Shown in pieces: positions 55,697 through 64,000 of a DNA stretch of 64,000 bases. Source of the stretch: an uncultured Pseudomonadota bacterium (GTDB lineage Bacteria; Pseudomonadota; Alphaproteobacteria; Rs-D84); contig CASFWA010000001.1 in the NCBI GenBank assembly GCA_949298405.1, positions 285,127-349,126 on the forward strand, read 5' to 3'. Numbering within the stretch: position 1 is the stretch's first letter; each line of letters opens with the position of its first letter. The translations under genes and the position numbers were made by a program. The notes under the pieces were generated by a model that made no database searches, was not told the origin of the DNA, and saw only the letters and a program-made list of their open reading frames with translations.

Positions 55697-56300
55697 TTTT
55701 TATCCTTTCTTTTATTGGTCCAAAACTTTTTCTATAATGCATGTTTATACCATATTTATCTATAGCTTGCAAATGTGATGCCGTAGGATAACCCGCATTT
55801 TTATCCCAACCGTATTCTGGGTACTGTTTTGCAAGGTCGTGCATAATTTTATCCCTGGTTTCTTTCGCTATTATGGATGCGGCAGCAATAGATAATGACT
55901 TTGCATCACCTTTTACAATAGGTTTACCTATTAAATTATCGGGCAATCTGTTCCCGTCTATTAAGCAAAACTGGGGGGATGAACTTAATTTTTTTACTGC
56001 ACGTTGCATGGCCAGCATTGATGCCCATAAAATATTTAATTCGTCTATTTCGCTTGGACTGCATTCTGCACAAGCCCATATTGTGTTTTGAATAATCCAT
56101 TCATAAGCGACTGCGCGCATGTGTGGTGTCATTTGTTTAGAGTCACGAATTATTACAGGAATTTCTATTTCGTGATTAGGAAAGATGACTGCTGCTGCAA
56201 CAACAGGTCCGCATAATGGGCCGCGACCTGCCTCGTCAACACCGGCAACTAAATCGAAACCACTTTCTTTTTCTAATGAAAAATCAGGTATTGTTTTCAT
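55674..56300 (-). CDS. rnhB: ribonuclease HII
   Basis: VAGVDEAGRGPLCGPVVAAAV; ORF track start 56309 is TTG, ATG at 56300; overlaps the pgk start. Confidence 0.9.
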   Translation of the reverse strand: MKTIPDFSLEKESGFDLVAGVDEAGRGPLCGPVVAAAVIFPNHEIEIPVIIRDSKQMTPHMRAVAYEWIIQNTIWACAECSPSEIDELNILWASMLAMQRAVKKLSSSPQFCLIDGNRLPDNLIGKPIVKGDAKSLSIAAASIIAKETRDKIMHDLAKQYPEYGWDKNAGYPTASHLQAIDKYGINMHYRKSFGPIKERIKNGTKNDY

Positions 56301-56378
56301 GATAGCCAAAAAGATACCACATTATTAAATATAATTAAATTAATTTGTTTATAAAAAAGCCTCTTTTAAGAGGCTTTT

Positions 56379-58109
56379 TTATATAGACATTCTATCAGCA
56401 ATTTGTTTCTGTACATACTCGTCTTCGCTGTTATATAGTGGCCATTCTGAATTTGCTAGTTCTTTCATAGATGTTAAAGGTTGATTCAATCTTGCACGGT
56501 ATAGCCACATATTTGACATAACTCTTTTTATATAACTGCGAGTCTCATAAGCAGGAAAGCTTTCTATATATAATAAAGGATCATATGTTTCAAACGATTT
56601 TTCAAATTTTACCATTGTACCCATACCAGCATTATAAGCAGCTAGCATTTTTATAATATTGTTGTTTATATTAGGATGAGATAGTAAATCTACTATATAT
56701 TGTTGGCCTAAGAACATATTGTGTTCCGGATTAGACATATCCATTTCTGATAAATTTACCTTGTTTTCACGCGCAACCTTTTTAGCGGTGCTTGGCATTA
56801 ATTGCATCAAACCGTTGGCACCTGCATTCGATTTAGCAGTCGTTCTGAATCCGCTTTCTTGCTTTGTGATTGCAAGTAATAATGCGCGGTCTATAGACCA
56901 TCCACCCATAGGTTCCCAATCTGGTAATGGGTATTGGGCGGAATAAATAATATCATCGTCAATTTCTAAGATTCCTCGGTCTTGGATAACACTAGATGCC
57001 TGTATTGATACTCTTGGTAGACCATACACTGTCGCAATAGAATTTATTGCGTGCAATGTCTTATCAGAAACTTTCGCAGTAATCATATATTTTAAGTACG
57101 CTTCTGCACGGTCTTTTTTTCCAACTTGCAATAAAGCCAATGCAATTTTCCCATATTTGCTGTTGCGCAATTCTTCGATATCGTCGTCAGAGCAATCCTG
57201 TTCGAAGAATTCGTATTTTGGTGTGTCGCCAAGCATTATAGAGGCCAAGGCACCGTAAAAAGCCATAGGATGTACTGCAGCTATTTTCCAATATTTCTTT
57301 GCTTCGCTACGGTTACCGTTTTCATATGCGGCGCGTCCTGCCCAGAAGGCGGCTTCCGTTTTTCTGGCATTATTTATTTGATCTAGTTTTAAAATTTGGC
57401 TGAAATATTTTTCACTTTCGTCAAATTTTTCTTCTTTAAAATATAATAAGCCCATTGACCATAGACCATATTCTGATTTCGCATCAGAAGCTACAAAACC
57501 CCATTTCTTTGCGAGTTCAAATTCGCCATTTGTATAATATATATAAGACAGACGACCTGCAAGACGACCATAGTCTGATTCTGTAAGTTTTTTCTTGAAA
57601 GATGGGTCTTCTAATATTAAGCGGGCTGTTTTTGTGGAACCACTGCGAATAGCTTTTTTGAATTTGTTTATTTTTGTGTTTGTTGTACCAGTATACTTTT
57701 TCGCTGTCCAGGTTTCTGATTGGGCGGTTTCTATTGAGGCACCACCGCTTATAGTGCGGGGTACTTTTGCACTACGAACAGTTGCTTTCTTTATTTTTGC
57801 CAGTTTTGCCATTCTTTCCGCACCTGGCATGTCATAATATTTTTCCATCCAAGCAACAATTTCTTTCCCGCGTGTATGATAAGTTTTTGAAATATAGCGC
57901 TGATATAAAACCTCGTTCATTAATAATGGGTCTGTTAATTGTTTTTCTAGTTTTTGTGCTGCACTTATTTCTTCCTCGGATTGCAATAAGAAGATTTGTG
58001 TGTATAAACTTGCGTCTGCATCATTTAGTATGTCTATATTCGGCAAATCTTCCGCATAAATAGAAAGCGGCAAAAAGATTGCTATTAAAAATGTAAATAT
58101 TTTTTTCAT
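56379..58109 (-). CDS. soluble lytic murein transglycosylase (Slt family)
   Basis: Signal peptide MKKIFTFLIAIFLPLSIYA; superhelical N-domain; catalytic ITKQESGF ... GLMQLMP motif. Confidence 0.88.
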   Translation of the reverse strand: MKKIFTFLIAIFLPLSIYAEDLPNIDILNDADASLYTQIFLLQSEEEISAAQKLEKQLTDPLLMNEVLYQRYISKTYHTRGKEIVAWMEKYYDMPGAERMAKLAKIKKATVRSAKVPRTISGGASIETAQSETWTAKKYTGTTNTKINKFKKAIRSGSTKTARLILEDPSFKKKLTESDYGRLAGRLSYIYYTNGEFELAKKWGFVASDAKSEYGLWSMGLLYFKEEKFDESEKYFSQILKLDQINNARKTEAAFWAGRAAYENGNRSEAKKYWKIAAVHPMAFYGALASIMLGDTPKYEFFEQDCSDDDIEELRNSKYGKIALALLQVGKKDRAEAYLKYMITAKVSDKTLHAINSIATVYGLPRVSIQASSVIQDRGILEIDDDIIYSAQYPLPDWEPMGGWSIDRALLLAITKQESGFRTTAKSNAGANGLMQLMPSTAKKVARENKVNLSEMDMSNPEHNMFLGQQYIVDLLSHPNINNNIIKMLAAYNAGMGTMVKFEKSFETYDPLLYIESFPAYETRSYIKRVMSNMWLYRARLNQPLTSMKELANSEWPLYNSEDEYVQKQIADRMSI

Positions 58110-58116
58110 GTTTTTG

Positions 58117-58617
58117 CTAGAATAAAGATGTTTTCGGTAACTGGCAAACCGCGGCACCTTCGTCCGCTTCTGGAATTTGATCAATTATTTTCTTGAAATC
58201 AGAAATTTTTGAGAATTTACGATATACTGATACAAAACGTACGAAAGCAATCGGGTCTAAATTTAATAAAGAATCTGATACCATTTGCCCAACCATAGCA
58301 CTGCTTACCGTATCGTCAGCGGTTTCTGTTTCAAGTCTGCGATGTATTGATGTCACCAGTTTTTCTATTTGTTCATCACCAACATCGCGGTTGCGACATG
58401 CCAGTTTTATACTGCGACGCAGTTTCTCGCGGTCAAATGGTTCTAGTTTCCCGCTGTTTTTACGTACCATTAAATCGCGCATTTGTACGCGTTCAACTGT
58501 CGTAAACTTTGCTCCGCACTGATTACATACACGACGACGACGAATAATCGCGTCTTCTATGTCAGGTCTGGAATCAGTTACCCGGCTGTCTGTAGAATTA
58601 CAATATGGACATCTCAT
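58117..58617 (-). CDS. nrdR: transcriptional repressor NrdR
   Basis: MRCPYCNSTDSRVTDSR...CNQCGAKFTTVERV zinc ribbon plus ATP-cone. Confidence 0.93.
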   Translation of the reverse strand: MRCPYCNSTDSRVTDSRPDIEDAIIRRRRVCNQCGAKFTTVERVQMRDLMVRKNSGKLEPFDREKLRRSIKLACRNRDVGDEQIEKLVTSIHRRLETETADDTVSSAMVGQMVSDSLLNLDPIAFVRFVSVYRKFSKISDFKKIIDQIPEADEGAAVCQLPKTSLF

Positions 58618-58793
58618 ATTACTATACGGTAGCAATCAAATCCGAAACTGTAAAGCAGAATTTGCATTTTGCACTTTTTTCAAAAAAATTGCTTTTTTAT
58701 AAAAATCAAGTGTTTTATTTGTGGGGCTTTGCTTAGGGTGCGCTTTTTAATAGGGGCTTTTTGTGATAAAATGTGTCTTGAGACCAGAGAGAG

Positions 58794-59894
58794 ATGGAAA
58801 AATACTTAAATAAGATTTTAATCGGTGACTGTATCGAAGTTATGCGTGGAATCCCTGATGCGTCAGTAGATGCGGTTTTTGCAGATAGCCCTTATAACTT
58901 GCAGTTGGGCGCAAAGACTTTGTATCGCCCAGAAGACCAAACTGCGGCACGTGCAGTCCGTGATGCGTGGGATGCTTTTGAAAGCCCAGAAGAATACGAT
59001 GCTTTTACACGTGCATGGTTGACAGAATGTAAACGTGTTTTAAAACCTGATGGCGCAATGTGGGTTATTGGTAGTTATCATAATATATTTAGAGTAGGTG
59101 CTATTTTACAGGATTTAGGTTTCTGGATTTTAAATGATATTGTTTGGGTAAAAACTAATCCTATGCCTAATTTCCGTGGAACAAGATTTACCAATGCTCA
59201 TGAAACACTAATTTGGGCTACGCCAAGAAAAACAGGTAAATATACATTTAATTACGAAACTATGAAAAAACTGAACGGTGGTAAGCAAATGCGTTCAGAT
59301 TGGGATATTAATATTTGTTTGGGCGAAGAACGTGTAAAAGACGAAAATGGAAAAAGTTTACACAATACCCAAAAACCTATGGATTTATTAAGAAGGGTTA
59401 TACTTTCTTCAACAAAAGCAGGTGATGTCATTCTGGACCCGTTCGTTGGAAGTGGTACAACTGCGGCGGCGGCCAAAGAATTAGGTCGTAATTTTATCGG
59501 TATTGATAGAGAAGAAAGTTATGTAAAAGCAGCGCGTGAACGCGTTGAAAGTATTAAACCTATTGACTTGTCTGAAATTGAGGTTGCTGCGCCAAAACGC
59601 GAAGAAGTTCGTGTTGCCTTTAAGGAATTAATAGAAGCAGGTTTATTATATGTAGGTCAGACTTTGGTAAGCCCACGCGGAGAACGTGTTATGATTACGC
59701 GGGATGGAATGTTGGTACATTCTTTGCATGGTAAGGCTTCAATTCATGTAATGGCCGCAAAACTGCAACATTCTGTAAGTTATAACGGTTGGGATTACTG
59801 GTCCGCAGAAAAAAGAGATGGGGCCTTGGTCCCAATAGATGAATTGCGTAAATATATTCGTGGCATAAAGCGCGATATGAAAAAGGCTGCTTAA
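58794..59894 (+). CDS. ccrM: CcrM-type N6-adenine DNA methyltransferase (GANTC class by homology)
   Basis: Collinear with the Caulobacter CcrM sequence as I recall it (WVIGSYHNIFRVG, GFWILNDIVW, NPMPNFRGTRFTNAHETLIWA, DPFVGSGTT, C-terminal domain); motif IV reads DSPY. Confidence 0.9.
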   Translation: MEKYLNKILIGDCIEVMRGIPDASVDAVFADSPYNLQLGAKTLYRPEDQTAARAVRDAWDAFESPEEYDAFTRAWLTECKRVLKPDGAMWVIGSYHNIFRVGAILQDLGFWILNDIVWVKTNPMPNFRGTRFTNAHETLIWATPRKTGKYTFNYETMKKLNGGKQMRSDWDINICLGEERVKDENGKSLHNTQKPMDLLRRVILSSTKAGDVILDPFVGSGTTAAAAKELGRNFIGIDREESYVKAARERVESIKPIDLSEIEVAAPKREEVRVAFKELIEAGLLYVGQTLVSPRGERVMITRDGMLVHSLHGKASIHVMAAKLQHSVSYNGWDYWSAEKRDGALVPIDELRKYIRGIKRDMKKAA

Positions 59895-59920
59895 AAATTT
59901 TTCGTTAAAACTGTTGAACA

Positions 59921-59951
59921 AGAATCCCGCGTTTGGCGGGATTCTTTATTT
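59921..59951. terminator. bidirectional intrinsic terminator
   Basis: GAATCCCGC-GTTTG-GCGGGATTC with flanking T-run. Confidence 0.75.
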
Positions 59952-60290
59952 CGTTTTTGTGGAATGTACGGAAAGATTGTGTGCTTTTTCTATTTCATAA
60001 AATTTTTGTGCTTGTAAGAAAAGAATTTCTTTATTCTTTTTGTATTCTTCTTCCAGCATGTTTTTCTGTGCTTTCGCAGCTAATAAATATTTCGCACTTT
60101 TAAAGTCTTTTGATAAAAGTAAAATTTTTTGAAGAAATCTTAGATGGTTTTTATCAAGAATATTTAAAAGTTTTATTTGTGTTTGATATGTGTCGGAAAA
60201 AGTATCTATATACTCTTCAATTTGGTGTATTTGTTTTTTTAGACGTTGTGACTCTAAAAGATATGTGCTTATTGTGTATTCTTTTTTCAT
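59946..60290 (-). CDS. hypothetical coiled-coil protein
   Basis: 114-aa K/E/L/Q-rich ORF; no motif recognised. Confidence 0.45.
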   Translation of the reverse strand: MKKEYTISTYLLESQRLKKQIHQIEEYIDTFSDTYQTQIKLLNILDKNHLRFLQKILLLSKDFKSAKYLLAAKAQKNMLEEEYKKNKEILFLQAQKFYEIEKAHNLSVHSTKTK

Positions 60291-60451
60291 AAAATTCCTT
60301 TTAAATCTTATAGAGATATTATACTATGTTGGTTGTTTGTCAATATTTATTTGGCTTGTATTTTTTGTTTTTGTACTTATATATATGATAAATTCGCGAA
60401 TCGGGTTTTTGTATGATATAGTTTTATGTATAAAAAAGTAAGGATTATGTT

Positions 60452-61033
60452 ATGGCTTTAATTCCTATGGTTATAGAGGAATCACCACGTGGTGAACGTT
60501 CTTTTGATATTTATTCAAGATTATTACGTGACCGTATCGTTATGATAAATGGACAGATTGAACCGAATATGGCTAATTCTGTGGTTGCGCAATTGTTATT
60601 CTTGGAGTCTGAAAATCCAAATGCAGAAATTTCTGTTTATATAAACTCGCCTGGTGGTGATGTTTCTGCAGGTTGGGCGATTATGGATACTATGCAATAT
60701 ATTAAAGCACCTGTATCAACTATTGGTATGGGGTTGGTTGCGTCTATGGGGTCTGTATTGTTGGCTGCAGGTGAAAAGGGTAAACGTTTTGTTTTGCCTA
60801 ATACTCAGATAATGATTCACCAGCCTTTGGCAGGTGCAGAAGGTCAGATTACGGATATGGAAATTCGTATGGCACAGTATCAGAAAAATAAAAAGACTTT
60901 GATTAAGCAAATGGCTGCTTTTACAGGTCGTAAAGAAAAAGAGTTATTTGATGCTATGGAACGCGATAACTGGATGGATCCAGATGAAGCCAAAGATTTC
61001 GGCTTGATTGATGGTGTTCTGAAAAGAAAATAA
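60452..61033 (+). CDS. clpP: ATP-dependent Clp protease proteolytic subunit
   Basis: [32 protein letters not shown] motifs. Confidence 0.95.
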   Translation: MALIPMVIEESPRGERSFDIYSRLLRDRIVMINGQIEPNMANSVVAQLLFLESENPNAEISVYINSPGGDVSAGWAIMDTMQYIKAPVSTIGMGLVASMGSVLLAAGEKGKRFVLPNTQIMIHQPLAGAEGQITDMEIRMAQYQKNKKTLIKQMAAFTGRKEKELFDAMERDNWMDPDEAKDFGLIDGVLKRK

Positions 61034-61062
61034 TTTTATCCGAATAAGGTTGAGGAAGGGAT

Positions 61063-62349
61063 ATGAGCGACGATAAAATTAAATCTACAGAAGAACAACA
61101 AAACGGGAATAATCCCCAGTTTTGTAGTTTTTGTGGAAAAGCAGTTTATGAAGTAAAAAAATTAGTCAGTGGTCGTAATGTTTGTATCTGTGATGAGTGT
61201 ATCAATTTATGTAATGATATCATGGCAGATGATGGGCGTGCAGAACTTGATAAAGATTCTGCTAAATTGCCTACACCACGTCAGATTTATAACTTTTTGA
61301 ATGAATATATCATCGGACAAGATGATGCAAAACGTACGTTGTCTGTTGCGGTTTATAATCATTATAAACGCCATAGTGTTGCGGCTACATCAAAAGTTGA
61401 AATTCAGAAATCTAATGTTTTGTTAATCGGGTCAACAGGTACAGGTAAGACGTTATTTGCTCAGACATTGGCTCGGATACTAGATGTACCTTTTGCAATT
61501 GCTGACGCGACAACTTTGACAGAAGCGGGTTATGTTGGCGATGACGTAGAAAGCGTTTTAACGCGTCTTTTGCAGAATGCTAATTTTGATGTAGAACGCG
61601 CCAGCCGTGGAATTATCTATATCGATGAAATTGATAAGATTTCAAGAAAATCTGAAAATCCGTCACTTACACGCGATGTTTCTGGTGAAGGTGTGCAACA
61701 GGCGTTATTAAAGTTGATAGAAGGTACTGTCGCCAATGTTCCTGCTGGTGGGGCAGGGCGCAAGCACCCAGGGGAAGCAACTGTTCAACTGGATACCAGC
61801 AAGATTTTGTTTATCTGTGGTGGGGCATTTGACGGGTTAAATAAAATAATTGGTTCGCGCACAAATGAACGCGCAGGAATTGGGTTTGGGGCGCATGTTG
61901 AATCTAAAAAAGAACGTGAATCAAAAAATAATTTGGCGGATGTTCAACCAGAAGATTTAGTTAAATTCGGGATTATCCCAGAATTAGTCGGGCGTTTGCC
62001 GATTATAACAACGTTGAAAGATTTGGACGAAGACGCATTGATAAAAATTTTGACAGAACCAAAGAATGCTGTTGTAAAGCAATTTGCGGCTATGTTGGAA
62101 ATGGACGGTGTTAAATTGACTATCACAGATGACGGGTTGCGTGAAATTGCCAAAATGGCTGTTGCACGCAAGACAGGTGCACGTGGGTTGCGTAGTATAT
62201 TAGAAAAATTACTGTTGCAGCCTATGTTTGAGGCTCCTGAAAAGGACGATTTGGCAGAAATTGTGATAGATAAAAATGTTGTGTTGGGGAAGAAGCAACC
62301 CATAGAAATATTAAAAGAAAATAAAAAAGAAAGTAAAAAAGCCGCTTAA
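61063..62349 (+). CDS. clpX: ATP-dependent Clp protease ATP-binding subunit ClpX
   Basis: CSFCGK zinc finger; Walker A GSTGTGKT; [10 protein letters not shown]. Confidence 0.95.
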   Translation: MSDDKIKSTEEQQNGNNPQFCSFCGKAVYEVKKLVSGRNVCICDECINLCNDIMADDGRAELDKDSAKLPTPRQIYNFLNEYIIGQDDAKRTLSVAVYNHYKRHSVAATSKVEIQKSNVLLIGSTGTGKTLFAQTLARILDVPFAIADATTLTEAGYVGDDVESVLTRLLQNANFDVERASRGIIYIDEIDKISRKSENPSLTRDVSGEGVQQALLKLIEGTVANVPAGGAGRKHPGEATVQLDTSKILFICGGAFDGLNKIIGSRTNERAGIGFGAHVESKKERESKNNLADVQPEDLVKFGIIPELVGRLPIITTLKDLDEDALIKILTEPKNAVVKQFAAMLEMDGVKLTITDDGLREIAKMAVARKTGARGLRSILEKLLLQPMFEAPEKDDLAEIVIDKNVVLGKKQPIEILKENKKESKKAA

Positions 62350-62360
62350 ATATGAAAAAG

Positions 62361-62390
62361 AAAAACACCCGCATTATTGCGGGTGTTTTA
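62361..62390 (+). terminator. intrinsic terminator after clpX
   Basis: CACCCGC-ATTATT-GCGGGTG followed by TTTT. Confidence 0.75.
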
Positions 62391-62397
62391 ATAATTC

Positions 62398-62426
62398 TTG
62401 TTTTTATTTTTTACATAATTTATAAT
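62398..62426 (+). promoter_or_regulatory. sigma70-like promoter (TTGTTT-17-TATAAT) driving leader B
   Basis: Consensus -10; same spacing to the shared GAATCCA start motif as in leader A. Confidence 0.5.
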
Positions 62427-62432
62427 TTCCTT

Positions 62433-62683
62433 GAATCCAAAGGGATTTGGGTTCGGGACTTAGAAAATCCCATAAATACGCGGTGCGTTAATGCGCATTG
62501 TTATCTATATAAAAGAAATCATATACATACATTGTATGTCATTGTTTTCTTTTGTCCCGATGTTTTAAATGTCGGGAAGCCACGATTATATAATAGGGTT
62601 TTCCCGAAAGTCGTGGGGTCATTCGTATTTATGATTTTTCTAACTTCCCGACCACCAGTTTGTTTGGTGGTTTTTGTTTTTTT
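62433..62683 (+). ncRNA. structured 5' leader B (paralog of leader A) ending in an intrinsic terminator
   Basis: GUCGGGAAG/CUUCCCGAC, CCACGA/UCGUGG, terminator ACCACCA/UGGUGGU plus U-run; the SD and ATG of the next gene follow within about 25 nt. Confidence 0.65.
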
Positions 62684-62707
62684 ATACAAATTAAGGAGTT
62701 AGAAAAA

Positions 62708-63226
62708 ATGAAAGGTTATGTAAAATATATTGTGGGCTTTTATATTTCTGTTTTATTACCAACATATGCAAATGGAGGTATTTTTGAGGATTGGTATGAG
62801 AATACGTTACCCAGATATCAAATGCAAATAACAGATATTATAGAATTTTACGGAGATACCGCAGTTTTATTAGATGCTTTGTCTGATGATAGTGGTATAA
62901 GAATAAAAATTAATACTTTGCGATCAGATATGACAGAAAATTATGTTGTTTGCTTTTACGGATGTCATGACAAGAATATGTATGAAGCAAAATCAAATAC
63001 GAATTCTGTTATTTGTTGGGATTGTAAATATCAAGATTGTGAGATGTGGCCTTTTTTGGGGTATTGTAAAACTTGTCCTTCATCTGAGGTTAGTGGCATA
63101 AATGCTGTGCTTTCTGATAATCCTACTTCTTATGATATAAGAGATTGTGTGATACCCAAAAATACGGTTATTAAGGATGAGTCTGGGACGTTTATATTTA
63201 CAGATGATTGCCATTATTCAGAGTAA
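62708..63226 (+). CDS. small secreted cysteine-rich protein
   Basis: RBS AAGGAG; signal-like MKGYVKYIVGFYISVLLPTYANG; CWDCKYQDC...YCKTCPSSE. Confidence 0.65.
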   Translation: MKGYVKYIVGFYISVLLPTYANGGIFEDWYENTLPRYQMQITDIIEFYGDTAVLLDALSDDSGIRIKINTLRSDMTENYVVCFYGCHDKNMYEAKSNTNSVICWDCKYQDCEMWPFLGYCKTCPSSEVSGINAVLSDNPTSYDIRDCVIPKNTVIKDESGTFIFTDDCHYSE

Positions 63227-63276
63227 AAAATATCCCCAAATCGGGGATGTTTTTATTCCTGGTGGCCCTGGTCGGA
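63226..63276. repeat. repeat unit: terminator hairpin plus a 17-nt copy of the tRNA-Leu 3' end (TCCGACCAGGGCCACCA on the minus strand)
   Basis: AAAAATATCCCCAAATCGGGGATGTTTTTATTCCTGGTGGCCCTGGTCGGA; near-duplicate at 63372-63435. Confidence 0.8.
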
Positions 63277-63408
63277 TTGCTCGCGGGCTCGCCAACTCGT
63301 AAGGTTCAAACTTCGCATAGCTTGTTTTCACCAACTATCGTTTCGAACCGACGGTTCTCGTCCGACAGGATAAAAAAACATCCCCAAATGGAGATGTTTT
63401 TATTTCTG

Positions 63409-63432
63409 GTGGCCCTGGTCGTGGCCCTGGTC
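63409..63432. repeat. perfect 12-bp tandem duplication (GTGGCCCTGGTC x2) at the 3' end of tRNA-Leu
   Basis: 63409-63420 equals 63421-63432, read directly. Confidence 0.9.
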
Positions 63433-63503
63433 GGACTCGAACCGACACTCCTTGCAGAACTTGATTTTGAGTCAAGCGCGTCTACCAATTCCGCCACGGG
63501 GCC
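63422..63503 (-). tRNA. tRNA-Leu (anticodon CAA), class II with long variable arm
   Basis: Reverse complement GGCCCCGTGGCGGAATTGGTAGACGCGCTTGACTCAAAATCAAGTTCTGCAAGGAGTGTCGGTTCGAGTCCGACCAGGGCCA; anticodon loop CUCAAAA; T-loop TTCGAGT; CCA is displaced by the 12-bp duplication. Confidence 0.88.
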
Positions 63504-63521
63504 AAAACGTAAACTGCGTGA

Positions 63522-63896
63522 TTATTTCGCAGCCGCTTTCTTGGCTTCGACTTTCTTTACCAAACGTGCACTGCGAGTTGCCTTGTGTGCAGGTTTTTTT
63601 GCTGGTTTTTCAGCCTTGCCATTTTTCTTTTCAATCGCTTTCTTTATCGCTGCCATTTCGTCTGTCAAGCGTGATACTGGTTTAGACATGACATATGCAT
63701 CCAAACCGCCATGCTTTGTCAATGTACGCAAACCTGCGGTTGAAATGCGTAATGAGAAATCACGATTTAAAATATCGCTGTGAAACTTTAATTTTTGCAA
63801 ATTCGGCAAGAATGTACGTTTTGTATGACGCATAGAGTGAGATACGTTCATCCCAACTTCTGTTTTCTTACCTGTAACTTTACATACACGTGGCAT
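63522..63896 (-). CDS. rpmB: 50S ribosomal protein L28 with K/A-rich C-terminal extension
   Basis: MPRVCKVTGKKTEVGMNVSHSMRHTKRTFLPNLQ; lysine/alanine-rich tail. Confidence 0.92.
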   Translation of the reverse strand: MPRVCKVTGKKTEVGMNVSHSMRHTKRTFLPNLQKLKFHSDILNRDFSLRISTAGLRTLTKHGGLDAYVMSKPVSRLTDEMAAIKKAIEKKNGKAEKPAKKPAHKATRSARLVKKVEAKKAAAK

Positions 63897-64000
63897 AATA
63901 ATAATCCTTTATAACTGGGGCATAATTTATAATAAAAAACAAGAAAAGTCAAGCATTGTTTTTACTTTTTCTTGCTTAATTACAATGTGCCATACTTAAT

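Noticed and set aside
62352-62702. 116-aa ORF downstream of clpX, and the N-terminal extension (35333-35476) of the autotransporter ORF.
   Set aside because: Both run through intrinsic terminators and through the conserved structured leaders. The real starts (62708, 35477) have strong AAGGAG-type RBSs and signal peptides.
63208-63783. 191-aa plus-strand ORF, and the 63-aa minus-strand ORF at 63306-63497.
   Set aside because: They read through tRNA-Leu, its repeat debris and the antisense of rpmB. The AELVDALDSKSS-type peptide is the usual artefact of translating a tRNA-Leu gene.

Overview
AT-rich bacterial chromosomal segment. The CcrM-type adenine methylase with its C-terminal domain, nrdR, the spc/alpha ribosomal-protein gene order and clpP-clpX suggest a small-genome alphaproteobacterium; this is inference, not a database result. 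Housekeeping blocks are: rpmC through rplQ with secY and rpoA (1-9.9 kb); ppiD-like/tpiA/grpE (27.6-30.5 kb); mscS-like through rpsF-rpsR-rplI, recO, pgk, rnhB, slt, nrdR, ccrM, clpPX and rpmB (48-64 kb). Two accessory loci (about 10.9-27.1 kb and 35.1-48.0 kb) interrupt them. These loci encode an expanded family of large, signal-peptide-bearing, cysteine-rich, coiled-coil proteins with glycine-zipper segments, which I cannot assign to any named family. With them are a Pmp-repeat autotransporter, an ankyrin plus subtilase-like beta-barrel protein and an OmpA-anchored chimera. Second main signal: two paralogous structured leader RNAs of about 250 nt (35.14-35.38 kb and 62.43-62.68 kb). They show compensatory base changes, a terminator/antiterminator strand-exchange layout and their own promoters, and each precedes a secreted-protein gene. 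Other points: repeat debris downstream of tRNA-Gln, duplicated tRNA-Leu 3' ends, a stator-like MotA/MotB pair with a coiled-coil MotB, and an inserted gene that splits the r-protein cluster. I found no CRISPR array, transposase, integrase or reverse transcriptase.
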